A DNA stretch of 64,000 nt from Eledone cirrhosa. Its lineage: Eukaryota. The translations under genes and the position numbers were made by a program. The stretch spans positions 235,104,001 through 235,168,000 of the forward strand of contig OZ024743.1 of NCBI GenBank assembly GCA_964016885.1, given 5' to 3'. Within the stretch, counting starts at the first letter, position 1. Each line of letters begins with the position of its first letter. Below the pieces are notes generated by a model. That model did not search any database, was not told the DNA's origin, and saw only the letters and a list, made by a program, of their open reading frames with translations. Of this stretch, positions 1 through 12,223 are shown in pieces.

Positions 1-231
1 TAACGGGACACGGGTATATAATACCTAACTCCTACTAACCTAAGTATTTATATATATATATAGATAGATAGATAGATAGTCTGCGGTATCTGGACTGGGA
101 AGACCACAAATCAAAGAAGTACTCAATATATGGTAAAATGCAGAGTTGGTATACTAGTGGAACTACCGCAAGCTTGGTGGTTTTGGCATATATATATATG
201 TATATAAATATATATATATATATATAAGTTT

Positions 232-392
232 ATCCCGGGTTCAATCGGGGGTAACCACAGTAATTAAGGTACTCAATTCAAAGCAGAGTATAAATATTTA
301 ATATAGAAAAAGCTTCTACAGGACTAGAACTGTTTCATTTAGGAGATGATTTCTCCCGAATGAAACAGTTCTAGTTCTGTAGAAGCCTTTTC
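232..392 (-). mobile_element. Penelope-like terminal fragment with fold-back (family P1), hammerhead core deleted at the junction
   Basis: Inverted repeat 305-392 (GCTTCTACAGGACTAGAACTGTTTCATT...AATGAAACAGTTCTAGTTCTGTAGAAGC); same sequence as 7423-7610 and 15694-15883; flanked by (TA)n. Confidence 0.7.
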
Positions 393-550
393 TCTCTCTC
401 TATCTATCTATATATATATATATATATATATAATGGATTCTACCATTGTATATCGACAGCATGGCCTCAGACCCTCAGCTGGAATGCAATTAAATAAAAT
501 ATGAGGGTTCAACAGTCTTCTCAGTTCAATTTTTTATGGTTATGCCTTAA

Positions 551-758
551 CCCTTTAGCATTTATACCGGCCATATCCGGCCAGAATTTTCTCACCTCTT
601 CCTGTTCAAACTAGTTATAACTGTCCACTCATACCAATGTTAAGGTATTTTTCTCAAAATAAATAATATCAAAATTTCATAGATTTGATATTATGTGAGG
701 TAAAACCTTTACTGCAGAAATACAATTGTAAATATAGAGTAATGCAATTGATAAAGGG
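551..758. mobile_element. piggyBac-like MITE
   Basis: TTAA|CCCTTTA ... TAAAGGG|TTAA termini with TTAA duplication. Confidence 0.7.
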
Positions 759-1476
759 TTAAATGGCACTTCAGTTCAGGTGCTGATCCACACATCAAGT
801 CGCATTTAGTGCAGATAACAGGATTTTAAGCAGAGCAGGATGGACTGTTTAATCAGATCTTGGTATAAGTCCAACCACTAGGCCTTCTTCTCGTGAAAAG
901 CAAATAAGATTCTGTGAAATCTAAATTTATTATAAATCGAATGTGGTCACACAGTGGAGGGTGAGTTTGATCTTTGGCAAATATGTTCTTAACACAGAAG
1001 GCTTTCCTGAGAAATGTTCCCATGCCATTTAATACATTTAGTTTGCTCATCTATTAATGAAGTGAATCATAAATGCTGTGAAAATGATCCTATTGTCATA
1101 AAAGAAAGGGAAATTCAGACGATTTAACTATTCTATTCTTCTTACTCATTACAGTTTCCAGTTAGTTGTTGAAAATGTCTCCAATGAATATATTTGTTAC
1201 AGTCATTGAACGAAGAAAATAAATCACCAAGAAATATAAAGTTCCTATGATTACAAGAGAAGTGGGAGTTTGGAATATCTATTGCTATGTCAATTAACCT
1301 ACTTTGTAATGAATGACCAGGTAGTCTCTGCAGTTACAAACAGAAAATTAACTGGCATTTTGCCCACGTATTAATTTGTTTACAATTTTATTTCGCTCCA
1401 TTCAAGTTTATTCCACATCTAAGTTGAATGTGATTTGAATTAGATTTTGGTTAAATCTGCATGATGTCATATAATG

Positions 1477-1885
1477 GTTTCTGATTTAGACACAAGGCCA
1501 ACAATTTTAGAGGATGGGGAAGTCGATTAAATCCACCTAAGTACGTTACAGGTACTTTATTTTATCGACCTCGTAAGGATGAAAGGCAAAGCTAACCTCA
1601 GTGGGACTTGAACTCAGAACGCATGTTATCCGACGTTCTACCGATACTGCTAACCCAACGTCCTTAATATTGGTTTCTGATTTATGTACAAGGCTAACAA
1701 TTTTAGGGAAGGAGAAAGTTGATTAAATCGACCCCAGTGTATTACTGGTACTTTATTTTATCGACCTCGTAAGGACGAAAGGCAAAGCTAAGCTCGACAG
1801 GATTTTAACTCAGAACGTAAATGGACGTAACTCACTGCAGGTCATGTTATCCGACATTCTACCGATATTGCCAACCCACCCCCCT
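1477..1885 (-). mobile_element. Tandem dimer of tRNA-derived SINE (family A)
   Basis: Two copies with B-box-like head and GGCCTTGTG tail on the minus strand; bracketed by direct repeat TGATGTCATATAATG (1462-1476, 1886-1900). Confidence 0.85.
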
Positions 1886-1899
1886 TGATGTCATATAAT

Positions 1900-2070
1900 G
1901 ATTGGCTACAGTATCTGTTATCAGCTATGTCCTGTTTATAAATAATACAGAGTATTGCATGCTTTTATCTACAGAGACTCTGAGATAAATTCATTTCAGA
2001 GATAAAAGCATGCAATACTGTTTATTATTAATAAACAAGACATAGCTGATAACATATACTGTAGCCAATC
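1900..2070. repeat. Inverted repeat, about 71-bp arms with 29-bp spacer
   Basis: GATTGGCTACAGTAT...GCATGCTTTTATCT (1900-1970) is the near reverse complement of 2000-2070. Confidence 0.85.
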
Positions 2071-2199
2071 TTTATATCGATGTACAGAATACGGATAATT
2101 TTTTTTTTAGAACGAATATAGGCCATATTATAGTTACTGAACATGAGAAACCGAAAGCAATTAACTTTAAAAAAAGCCAAACAAACACTCAGATAAACA

Positions 2200-2945
2200 T
2201 ATTAAATAAGGTTCTGAAATTCCCATCTACTCTACAAAATCAAATTTTCCTGATTTTAAAAATAACGTCACGTCAATCTGCCATAAACTCCGACTTGTTG
2301 ACTACTTCTTTAACAAAAAAAATTACAATGATGACAAATCACTAATTAGAAATAAAAGTGACTTTTATCAAAAGAAAGGAAGAAATAACGCGCTAGATAC
2401 CAACTATGAACACATGAATTTTCTCACTGAAACAATTGAAAATAGAAACACAAAATCAAATTTCTTAAAACAAGGAAAGAAAAAATCTAAATGATTAACA
2501 AAAAAACACTGAAATTACAGAAATCAATGATGGTAGTAGCACAGTAGTTACCATGGATACAAACTATTATAAAGAACTTGCATTTAAAATATTGGAAGAC
2601 AGTAATTACTAGATATTTTACTAGAATAAATCCTAGAACTCTCAGGAGTTAGGGACCATGCATGCTTGTAAACATTGACCAACTTGTATGATTCAAAAGT
2701 CTGATTAATAATTTAAACATTAACATTCAATTCATGGTGGAATTTAACAAATATTTTAATCATAAAAACAAATGTAAAAATAGAAACGAACATTTACTAT
2801 AAATCCACTGATTCCAAACAGTACCTCCTCTCCATATCGAGTCATCCTAAACATACATAAATGAACATTTCTTTTAACTTAGTTAAAAGAATATGTACAA
2901 TAGTGATCAAGGACTGAACGAATTGAAAAATATACTTGCTTAAAG
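2200..2945 (+). pseudogene. Decayed Penelope-like reverse transcriptase fragment
   Basis: Manual translation gives GSSTVVTMDTNYYKELAFKILED (ADKG..VVMD motif region) and ETNIYYKSTDSKQYLLSISSHPKH*MNISFNLVKRICTIV (PLE thumb motif YxKPT...YL...SxHP); stops and frameshifts present. Confidence 0.75.
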
Positions 2946-3609
2946 AGCCTTCTCACTAGGTGTAATCACCAATGAACTACAAAGCGCAAGCAGATGTTTA
3001 AATCCAAAAATTCTCAGATTTAATTATCTTTTCTTTTTATTCTTTTGTCATCTCTATTTCGAAGGGGAAGCATCCATTTTGCTTTTTCTAATGGCTAAAA
3101 TATATGTGGCTTGCCACACCTGCATACTCAGATTTCTCAACTAACTGGAGCTGTTGTGCCAACTCATAGTCAATCATCTATGAAGCCACTGGTGTTCACG
3201 ATGCCAAAGTCATCTGATTAAACTGATAGTCGTCGCATGAGCTACTGTTTATTATGAGACAAGCTGGATTTTTATCAAGGCTTACTCCTCTAGATCCGAC
3301 TTATTCTGCTGACTATATCTGAAGCACCTCGTGAAGGGTGTGTCTTTTCACTATGCATGTTATCTTTGAACTGAGAGGCTAGGCGCTCAGCTTGAATGAG
3401 CATATATTGTGTATCATCAGTTCGCTGAGTGGCATGTTGAATAGACACTGGGACACCACAAAAGTCGATATAATAAAGTACCAGTAACGCACTGTAGTCG
3501 ACTTTCCCTTTCCCTTCAAATTTCTGGCCTTGTGCCAAATGTAGAAACATTATTAATTTATTGCTGAAGCAAGTACAACAGTGCATATATATATATATAA
3601 TAATGAAAA

Positions 3610-3822
3610 TATTGTGTACAGTGCACTACAACTCATCAAAAGTGTATGTATATAGTACATATGGCAATGTACAAACGTCAGGAAAATGAACAGTGCATGA
3701 GTCATGATATACACATGTGTGCATGTGTATGGAAGGGGGACATCTGGTGTAGTTTTGGCGAATTTCGAGAAGCATGAGGGTTTTAAAGGATGCAGTGTCT
3801 CGGCAGCTAACAGCTGTTAATG
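3610..3822 (-). mobile_element. CR1/L2-like LINE 3' fragment
   Basis: Minus strand reads ...AVSCRDTASFKTLMLLEIRQNYT, resembling the WNxLP..VV...SFK ORF2 C-terminus. Confidence 0.55.
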
Positions 3823-3823
3823 T

Positions 3824-3866
3824 TTGATGATTCCTTACGAATGAAACAATTCTAGTTCTGTAGAAG
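3824..3866 (+). ncRNA. Decayed type I hammerhead (family P1)
   Basis: TTGATGA-ttccttacgaat-GAAACAATTCTAGTTCTGTA-GAAG; core C3 mutated. Confidence 0.5.
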
Positions 3867-3878
3867 TATTTCCTATAA

Positions 3879-5284
3879 TCTATACATATATATAAACTGA
3901 AATTGTCTGTGTGTGTGTCCCCTAATTTTTGCAAAATCTATACAAATCCACATTTCTACTCCGATTGACTTCAAACTTGCATTTATGTATTCCTTGGGCT
4001 CAAAAGATATTAACTGCAGCTTTTACTTTTCAATTTTCTGTTGTTAAAGGCGCCGGTTAGCGATCTCTCTCTCTTTCTTAGTCTATCTTTTTAGATAGAT
4101 ACATAGCTATAACGTCGCGCCCTTATATGTCTATATGTCTAGCTGTCTGCATTACGGCATTATGAAAACATTGTTCTCATTGCTGACGTATTATCATCGC
4201 TATTTTCCGTTCATTGCCAGAGAATGTCTTCACGAACCAAGGTATCGTCTTCCTGTTTTCCTTCGGTTGCAACGTTTTTCGAAATATTTACTTCTGCGTT
4301 CACAGATTGATTTTTTTAGTTTCAGAAGATCCCGTTAAGCGTGAAAGCAGCGATTCTTTGCTTGAACTTTAATCTGTTATTTTAATATATATATATATAT
4401 ATATCATTATATATTCGTGTACAGATATTTTTGCATACACAAAAACAAAATATAAACAAACGTATTTATTTCACGAAAGCACAGACGGCTTATCGTTATT
4501 GTTACTGCCGATATGCCACCCCAAAAGTCCCACTACTTTTGGCAGAAGGCCAGCAATTACGTATTCAACGGTTTGGAAATCACATGCATCACTGACGAGT
4601 TTACTCCTCACTCTACCAGTTAGTCTTAGTGTACTTCGTCCTGCTTTTAGGTCATGCCTCGAAGGAAGAGATACTCCATTGGCCGAAACACTGCGAAAAC
4701 GGCAAGAAAAAGAACAAGGCGGGCAAACGAATCGTCAGTGGAATCTGCTATTCGTCGGTCACAAGATGCTGACGTACTGCCACCTGAAACAGACAACCAA
4801 CGAACCATTCGCCGAACCGTGTCAGCTTTGCAATGTCTATCAACAAATCCCAGGATCAGATCCTAGCTGTTGCTGGTTTTCTTTTGGAAGAGTCATGTTT
4901 TTCACACGGGCAACTATACGTTGGCTGCTCAAGAGTGGGAAGCAAGACAAATCTCTTTGCATATGCCCGACACGGAAGAACATTGTTTAGGTAGACGAGG
5001 CAGAAGGGGATATAGTCGATTGCCTGAAGAAGGACGAGACTGTGTTAGTAGTACGACCAACGGCTGCTATCACACCAACAGCAGCAGAAACAACAACAAA
5101 AAAGAGAGGGAACGCAATTACCTGCTTTTGAAAAATCTTAATGGAAAATTATTTGCCTAAGCACAAAATGTAGACACCATCCCCAGGCCGAGGTATTCCG
5201 TACTTCTCTGTACTGTTTCAGAAAGGAGGAATAAAATGCCAATCTATGTTTAGAAGCCCGAGCAACGCCGGGCCATTCTGCTAG
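3879..5284 (+). mobile_element. Non-autonomous Helitron retaining a RepHel-like N-terminus
   Basis: A|TCTATACATATATATAAA 5' end; GCCCGAGCAACGCCGGGC hairpin then CTAG|T 3' end; internal ORF 4654-4866 MPRRKRYSIGRNTAK...RANES resembles the basic start of metazoan RepHel proteins. Confidence 0.8.
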
Positions 5285-5344
5285 TAATGTATATATCTAT
5301 AACAAAGGTAAAAACATATATAATTCGATGTATAACAATGATAT

Positions 5345-5652
5345 TAATAATTGTTTCTACTTTTGGCACAAGGCCAGCAATTATCCAGTACATTACTGGT
5401 ACTTTATTTTATCGACCCCGTAAGGATGAAAGGCAAAGTTAACCTCGACGGGATTTGAACTAAGACCATAAAGAGCCGTAACTCTAAGTTGCAAACCATG
5501 GCGTCCGACCCTCTACCGATACTGCCAAATAATGGTTTCTGATTTAGGCACAAGGCCAACAATTTCAGGGGAGGGGAAAGTTGATTAAATCGACCCCAGT
5601 ACATTACTGGTACTTTATTTTATCGACCCCGTAAGGATGAAAGGCAAAGTTA
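5345..5652 (-). mobile_element. Two adjacent family A SINEs
   Basis: Repeated TTTATCGACCCCGTAAGGATGAAAGGCAAAGTT core and CACAAGGCC tail. Confidence 0.85.
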
Positions 5653-6519
5653 TTGAAATATGTGTAAGGAATTCAATACTGAGTATTGAAGCGGCTCCTC
5701 CACTATACAGGGGTAGCCATAACGGGACCCCGAAACCGAAGATCATGCATACATCTTAAGTGTATGAAACTTTATTTATGCTAAATTAAGCTCTCTTGCA
5801 ATAGATTGAGCATTGTTTTCCTTGACCTTTTATCTACAGATATCCTGCGCACACACACACATATAGTCTGTCGAATCAACTCTAATATGACTGCTATTTT
5901 ATCAAAAGTTGACAAAGGTAGGATTTGAACTCAGCATAGAAAATTATGGTACTATATATTGCAAATTCTGTAAGTGTGTGGGGGGGAGTTGAACTGATAA
6001 ACCACACACACACATACCAGTACACACAACATACGCATTTACGCTTAGAATTAATGAGTATTCTGTAATGTATTTATTAGGTGAGCTTAAGATATGTTAC
6101 TAGAACCTTCATTTGACTAAGTTTAGCCTCCCAGCAGAAGCAGTTACCGGGGTGTGGTTGAGAAATGTCCTAGAGCCTGAAGTAAAAACCAATGTACCAG
6201 TCCGTCTCTAAGGATGCTGATGTCAGACATCAAGGTATTCTCTTCGGATAATGTTTCTTTGAATCCCGGATAACTGTACGTTTGACATCGAAATAATGTT
6301 TCTTCAAATAAATTTCACTCAATTTCCAAAGAAACAGTAGATAATACTATGTTCAGTATTGAAATGACGTCCAGTTGAATAGTTTTTGAAATAATGATTC
6401 TTTAAATCATGGATATCAGTACGTCCGGCATTGCAGTAACGTTTCATCGAATTATTTCACTTTATTTTCAAAGCAACACACACAAACAAATTATACATTC
6501 CGAAGGAAGAAAGAGTTAT

Positions 6520-6630
6520 TTTTATTTCTAGGATAAAACCACACAAAAATAGTAAAGGATTTAATATATAGTCATTCTTATAGAAAAAGAAAGTAGTATT
6601 GGAAAGGACTATAAATGCTATAAATAGTAT
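6520..6630 (-). mobile_element. 3' UTR fragment of CRE-like LINE
   Basis: Reverse complement matches 16875-16970, 39745-39830 and 52040-52140. Confidence 0.6.
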
Positions 6631-7204
6631 TAAACATTCATACACACCTAAACGCTAATTTGAGATCGAAAAAAAAAACTATCATTTCATCGACCGGACA
6701 TTTAAACCATATAAAGTTAATGGAAGACAAAGCAGAGAATCTTCGAAATAGTTCTCTATTGTTCGTGTAATACATGGAAGACGTGAAGAAATAAAATGAA
6801 TAGAATATATGAAAATAGAATTACAAAAGAAATCTGCACTGACGCTGACCTTACTTCTTTGAAAAGAATAAAAAAACCTAGATGATTTAAAATAGAAAAT
6901 TCTAGCACTCCCGACTTTCATTCAATGAAGGTTTCGTACAAAAACGAATGGCAAATTACTCGAATCCCCATCACGCTATTATAATAAAATTCCATAGAGA
7001 TTTGACACGTGAACTGTTGACCTTCGTCGTAGTAAATAAGAGTTTGGTTTCTGTTCACAAATTCCTGATTTATCTATGTGTCAAAGCAAAGTTTGAAAGG
7101 AAAAGAATTTGGTTAATTTGCTTAGAATGAATGTAAATCCATGGTAAAACTTTACAAAATATTGAATTCTTCGGGTCAACAAAAGATACTTTTATACCCA
7201 AAAT

Positions 7205-7357
7205 AACTGCCACACCTTAGAATCGCAACTTACTCGTCTTACAAAGAGAATGCCGTATATAGATATAAATCTGTAAAGGAAACAAAACGATCATATTTGG
7301 AACGTTGATCATGGTCTATTGAATCCAGTTAACCTAGGGCTAAACAAAAACAACAAA
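7205..7357 (+). mobile_element. Family C short retro-element ending in GGGCTAAACAACAA
   Basis: Shares GGAA..TTGATCAT.GGTCT...CCT.GGGCTAAACAA motif with 7628-7743, 47620-47785 and 56010-56712. Confidence 0.6.
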
Positions 7358-7422
7358 ATCGCACTCAAACCGTACCCTACTGACCAAAGAAATGAAATAC
7401 ACATACAGAGAGAGAGAGAGAG

Positions 7423-7610
7423 AAATGACTTCTACAGAATTAGAACCGTTTCATTCGTAAGAAATCATCAGGATTTCATACGAATGAAACAGTTCTAGTC
7501 CTGTAGAAGTCATTTATATACACAATAAAGATCCTTATACTCTACCAACGTATTGAGTACCTTCTTTAACTGTGGTCACCTCCCGATTCACTTCAGGAAT
7601 TTACCTATTG
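7423..7610 (+). mobile_element. Penelope-like terminus with fold-back (family P1)
   Basis: Palindrome 7423-7515; CTGATGA..GAAAC core on the minus arm; 3' part matches the reverse complement of 232-300. Confidence 0.7.
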
Positions 7611-7814
7611 TATATATGTATATATAATGTATAATGTAGTCCTAGATGTACTACACCTGAGAAACAGATGGGATGGTCACAACCGGAAATTCTTTGATCG
7701 TAGATTTGCTCGATCACGATTCACTCGAGTCTAAGCAACAACATTGATTCAAGCCAACGAGGAAATCCCTAGATTGTCGCTTGATTTACTAGAAGCATCA
7801 GTAAAATCGGCCTC

Positions 7815-8110
7815 GTTATTTAACTGGTGTTTTATTTTATCGGCCCCGGAAGGATGAAAGGCAAAACTGATCTCGGTGGGATTTGAACTTAAATACTACA
7901 AAGCATTTTGTCCGGTGCTCTACTGATTCTGCCAATCCACTGCTCTAAAATAATTTCTAATTAGGTACAAGGCCAGAAAATTTGAGGGGAGGGGAAAGTT
8001 GATTAAATCAATCCCAGTACTTGATTGATACTTTATATTATCGCACCAGGAAGAATAAAATCAAAGTTGACCTCAGCAGGATTTGAACTCAGAATGTAGA
8101 GGGCCGTAAC
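7815..8110 (-). mobile_element. Two family A SINEs
   Basis: GGATGAAAGGCAAA / GGATTTGAACT motifs. Confidence 0.8.
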
Positions 8111-8114
8111 AAAA

Positions 8115-8610
8115 CAGAGCTTACGTTATAATCTGGGGATCGGGGGTGCTTAAGTATATATTACTGTACATGTATTATTATTATTCAGTAGGGCGGTGGA
8201 TTGGCAGTATCAGTAGAGGCTCGGACGCCATGCTTTCCAGCATAGTTACGTCCCTTTACGATCTGAGTTCAAATCCCGCCGAGGTTGAATTTGCCTTTCA
8301 TCCTTACGGGGTCGATAAAATAAAGTACCAGTATTGCACTGGGTAATTGCTGGCCTTGTGCCTAAAGTAGAAACAATTATTATTCAGTAATGCATTGGGT
8401 AATTGCTGGCCTTGTGCCAAAAGTAGAAACAATTATTATTAGCTCGCGCTTTTTAATCACCAATATGAAACCAAAAAAGAATTTAAAAACATGATTATAC
8501 TAACATATTTAGTGTCAATAGAAAATCAGTGTAGTAAAAATCACATATCTTTCAAAAAGTTTCCACATTATTGGAGGAGCTTAAGACCCCAAAGCCCCTT
8601 TAGCGCCTGA
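8115..8610. mobile_element. Unclassified interspersed repeat split by a family A SINE (8188-8440, plus strand)
   Basis: 8115-8185 and 8440-8610 match the reverse complement of 11852-12087; the SINE sits in its (ATT)n tract. Confidence 0.6.
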
Positions 8611-9029
8611 AAGCTTGGTTGCAAAAGTATTTCATCTGACACGTTAACGATTCTGCTAAGTCACCACGAAAACATTGAACAACATAATAACAGCATATAA
8701 TTGAAAAGTATGTTAGTCATAGAAAACAGCGAAAAGTATATATACTGACTTTACAAATTTCAGTTGATTTAACATCACTTAGAGAAAGACTTCTTAGCAA
8801 TGGAAGTTTAAGATTCTTTTGGATCGAATTGCTACTTAGAATGTTAGTCTTATACCTCCGTTAAATTTCTCAGTTAAAAGAGGTTAGTAAAGCATTTATC
8901 ATTTTACTTGGGAGGGGGAGAGGTACATTGGGTATGTTTTGTAACTCAACTGTTAGTTTAATCGGATGAAAGTCTACATGATTCCCGCGAGAGTTAAACT
9001 CACATCGTTGACATTAGTAACTAAATACT

Positions 9030-9242
9030 GATATCTAACTAAGGCATAAGGCCAGCAATTTGTGAGAAAGAGAAAGTTGATTATATCGACCCAGTAGTCC
9101 CCCGGTAATTTATTTTATCAACCCCAGAAGGATGAAAGGCAAAGTTGACCTTGACGGTGTTTGAACTCAGAACTTATAAAATCATAACTAAATACCTCAA
9201 AATATTTTGTCTGACGTTCTACCAATTCTGTCAATCCACCAT
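9030..9242 (-). mobile_element. Family A SINE
   Basis: Tail, core and B-box motifs. Confidence 0.8.
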
Positions 9243-10889
9243 GATGTCAACTTGGTATCTTACCGTTTCAGGTTAAACATAGCTTTACTGTGGTTTGTAA
9301 CGTTCACGTACATTCTAAGTTCAAATCCCGCCAAAACAGATTTTGTTGTTAATCCTTATGATAAATTAACGCTGCTTATCCCTCAAATGTGTCCTTGTAG
9401 CCAATCTTTAATAAAAATGTTTTAGTTGACACAAGGCCAGAAATTTGGGGGCTGGGGTTAATCGATTACATCAACCCCAATACATTGGGATATTATTTTA
9501 TCAATTCCAGAAGGATGAAAGGTCACAACTGGAATGTCTTTTAATTTCTACTTCTCCAAGGAATATATAAAGAGGCAGGACAAATATCACAAGGTATTTT
9601 GCTCGAATCCTGCTATGAATTCAACTTTTCATCAATCTCATTTTTAAAGAAATCTTTTATAATAATAACAATTCAATTTGTTTATAAGCAACAAGAGTCT
9701 AAAAATATAATACAAACCATGTCATATAGCAGAGTTACAAAAGCTAGTAGGGATGTAGGATCTCGCAATTCTTTTGCATAACTTTGAAATTCAAGCAACA
9801 CAGGAAATGTGGTTCAAAAATCATTTGTCTTTAGTTTAGGCCCATTATATTTTTACCTCTTTTTTCTTTTTCAATTATTTCGGGTCCATGTTCTCTTCGA
9901 CGAATTGGAACTGATGTTCGAAGCCTCTAGCAGACTCTGGACTGGAAGGGGAGGAGACCCTTCTGTCTTTCGGTGCCCCAACTCGTCGGTCCCTCATACC
10001 AGTGGTGATGAGTGACCGACGTCATCGATGCAGTGACCAGTGGTCTTGTGTCAGCCTTCACCTGTACTTTACACTTGAAGTGCTGGCTGTTGTTGCTGTC
10101 TCCCGCTACTCCTCATTTCTAGCTTTTCACGGAAAGCATTCTCGTAAATTTAGCAACTGAACTTTCTAACCTGCACCACCGTCTGGTTAATCTTTCCGCT
10201 CCTACAATGAGATATACTTCTGGGATAACCTTGTGGTCTTTGGGGCTAATTAAGACCTGATAGTTTATTCAGATGTCCATTTGACCACATGCTATTGCAA
10301 GTTACTTCTGCGCTCACAATCTGCCCGTACTATGCCCTCAGAGGTGATAACAAGCTAAGGTTTCACATCAGCACTTGTGCGAGTACACATTCGTTTTTGG
10401 CATGACAAATATTCTTTCGTATTTAATGTGAAATAATTGTCATTCATACAGAAATGCAACACCATCAAAACTGTTATCTCTAATTTACATTGCACAATGG
10501 TACAATGATGAAGGACAGACTGGCCCTAAACTATTACATTAGTCTCGAGAATAAAAACAAACTGTAGCCGGGACGTTCATCGCGTAGCCTGGCTGTGTCA
10601 GACCACCAGTTATATTATTAGTAGGAAGACGAGTTTTAATAGCATCTGCGAACTATTAAATAAACAACGACATCCACTGATTATTTCAGGAGGAAACAGG
10701 AAGGAAGATGTTTAAGATCAGTGTAGGCTTTTAAGTATCGTCTGGTATCAGTCAAGCAGTATATGTGCAATGAAGCTGAAGTGTTTAAATAGGATATCTT
10801 ATGTGTTGTAAATGGATCCTTGCAAAACTCTAACACTGTGATGCTATAATTTCATTATAGAATCTTGTCATTACAATTTATTCTCCCCA

Positions 10890-11170
10890 GTCCACACTGT
10901 AATGTGGTCGTTTTGGTGCCACGACAAAAAACACCCAGCCCACACTGTAAAGTGGTCATGTAGGTGTCACGATAAAAAGCACCCAGCCCACACTGTACAG
11001 TGGTCGTGTAGGTATCACAACAAAAAGCACCCAGCCCACACTGTTATATGGTCGTTTTGGTATCACGACAAAAAGTACCAAGCCCACACTGTAATGTGGT
11101 TGTGTAGGTGTCACGACAAAAAAACAACAAAAAAACATCCAGTAGATACTGTAAATGTAGTTGGCGTTAG
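10890..11170 (+). repeat. 48-bp tandem repeat (about 5.5 units) derived from a SINE segment
   Basis: Unit GCCCACACTGTAAAGTGGTCATGTAGGTGTCACGATAAAAAGCACCCA; last unit runs into GTTGGCGTTAGGA. Confidence 0.85.
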
Positions 11171-11189
11171 GAGCGTATAAACTAAGCTA

Positions 11190-11430
11190 GAAACATTCCT
11201 TCTCCTTCAACTGTCAAAGACCCACCTAAGAATTCTTGCTGTTCCTAGCAAGGCTGTTTTCTGCAACAGCCTCTCCCTGGTGGTAATTCCTAACTTCTCA
11301 CGCCATGTATCTAACCTTTTACTAACTGTTCCCAGTACGCCAACCACAATCGGTACCACTTCTACGTGTCTGGTTCTCCATAGTTTTCCGATTTCCTTTT
11401 TCAGCTCCTGGTATTTCTCATTCAAAAGCC
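11190..11430 (-). pseudogene. R4/Dong-like (RLE) non-LTR retrotransposon 3' end
   Basis: EKYQELKKEIGKLW...VVPIVVGVLGTV...LQKTALLGTARILR, a typical RLE C-terminus. Confidence 0.85.
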
Positions 11431-11442
11431 GCCTTTTGTTTG

Positions 11443-11850
11443 ACACCTAACCTGTATGGTATTCCCAGTCGCTTTAAGAAGTTTTGAAGTTTCAATGGGA
11501 TTGACCCAGTGCCCCGATCACAACTGGTATCACTTTTACATTACTCTACTCGCATTCCAAACCGTCTTGCCATCTCCACTTTCAATTTGGAGTTCTTGGT
11601 GATTTTTTCAACCTCTTCACTCACAATACTCATGTCATTCGGAATGACTATGTCTATGATTTGACAATGTTTAATACGACAATGTCCGGTCGTCGATACT
11701 CAATTACTCTATCAGTTTGAAAATCATAATTCCTGAATATCGTTGCTTTCCCACCCTCCTGCATTACTTTACAATGCACACGCTCAAACCAATTCTTTAT
11801 TACCTCGTATTGGTATTTATGACATAACAACCAATGAACAAGCCCTCCGA
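11443..11850 (-). pseudogene. Second R4/Dong-like RLE endonuclease fragment
   Basis: Minus strand VHWLLCHKY..W...DFQTDRVIEYRRPDIVV..IIDIVIP..EKITK..VIPVVIGALG (PD..D..K motif); frameshifted. Confidence 0.85.
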
Positions 11851-12223
11851 CACTAAGGGGTTTTGGGGCGTAAGCTCATGTAATAAATTATTTCAATATA
11901 TTTGTACTTCGGTTTTTATTACACTGATTTTCTATTGACTCTAAATATGTTAGTATGATCACGTTTTTAAATTCATTCTTAGTCTCATATTGGTGATAAA
12001 AAAGTGTGAGCTAATAATAATAATACACATGTACAGTATATATAGTTAACCCCCCACCCAATCTCAAATCTGTAACAGAAGTTCTGATGTAGCGAACAAA
12101 TTATCAGATGTCCCTCACATTGCTTTATATTTTACATTTGGCAATTACTTATATCCCTCGATTTTGTGTGTAAACATCAGTATCTGCTAATTTCAAGAGA
12201 AATAACTGGATAGAGAATTCAGA

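Noticed and set aside
8188-8290. tRNA genes suggested by GTTCAAATCC boxes
   Set aside because: No cloverleaf; each continues into the SINE core and tail
10890-11170. CRISPR-like array or Cys/His repeat protein
   Set aside because: Contiguous tandem units with no unique spacers, eukaryotic context, and SINE-derived sequence
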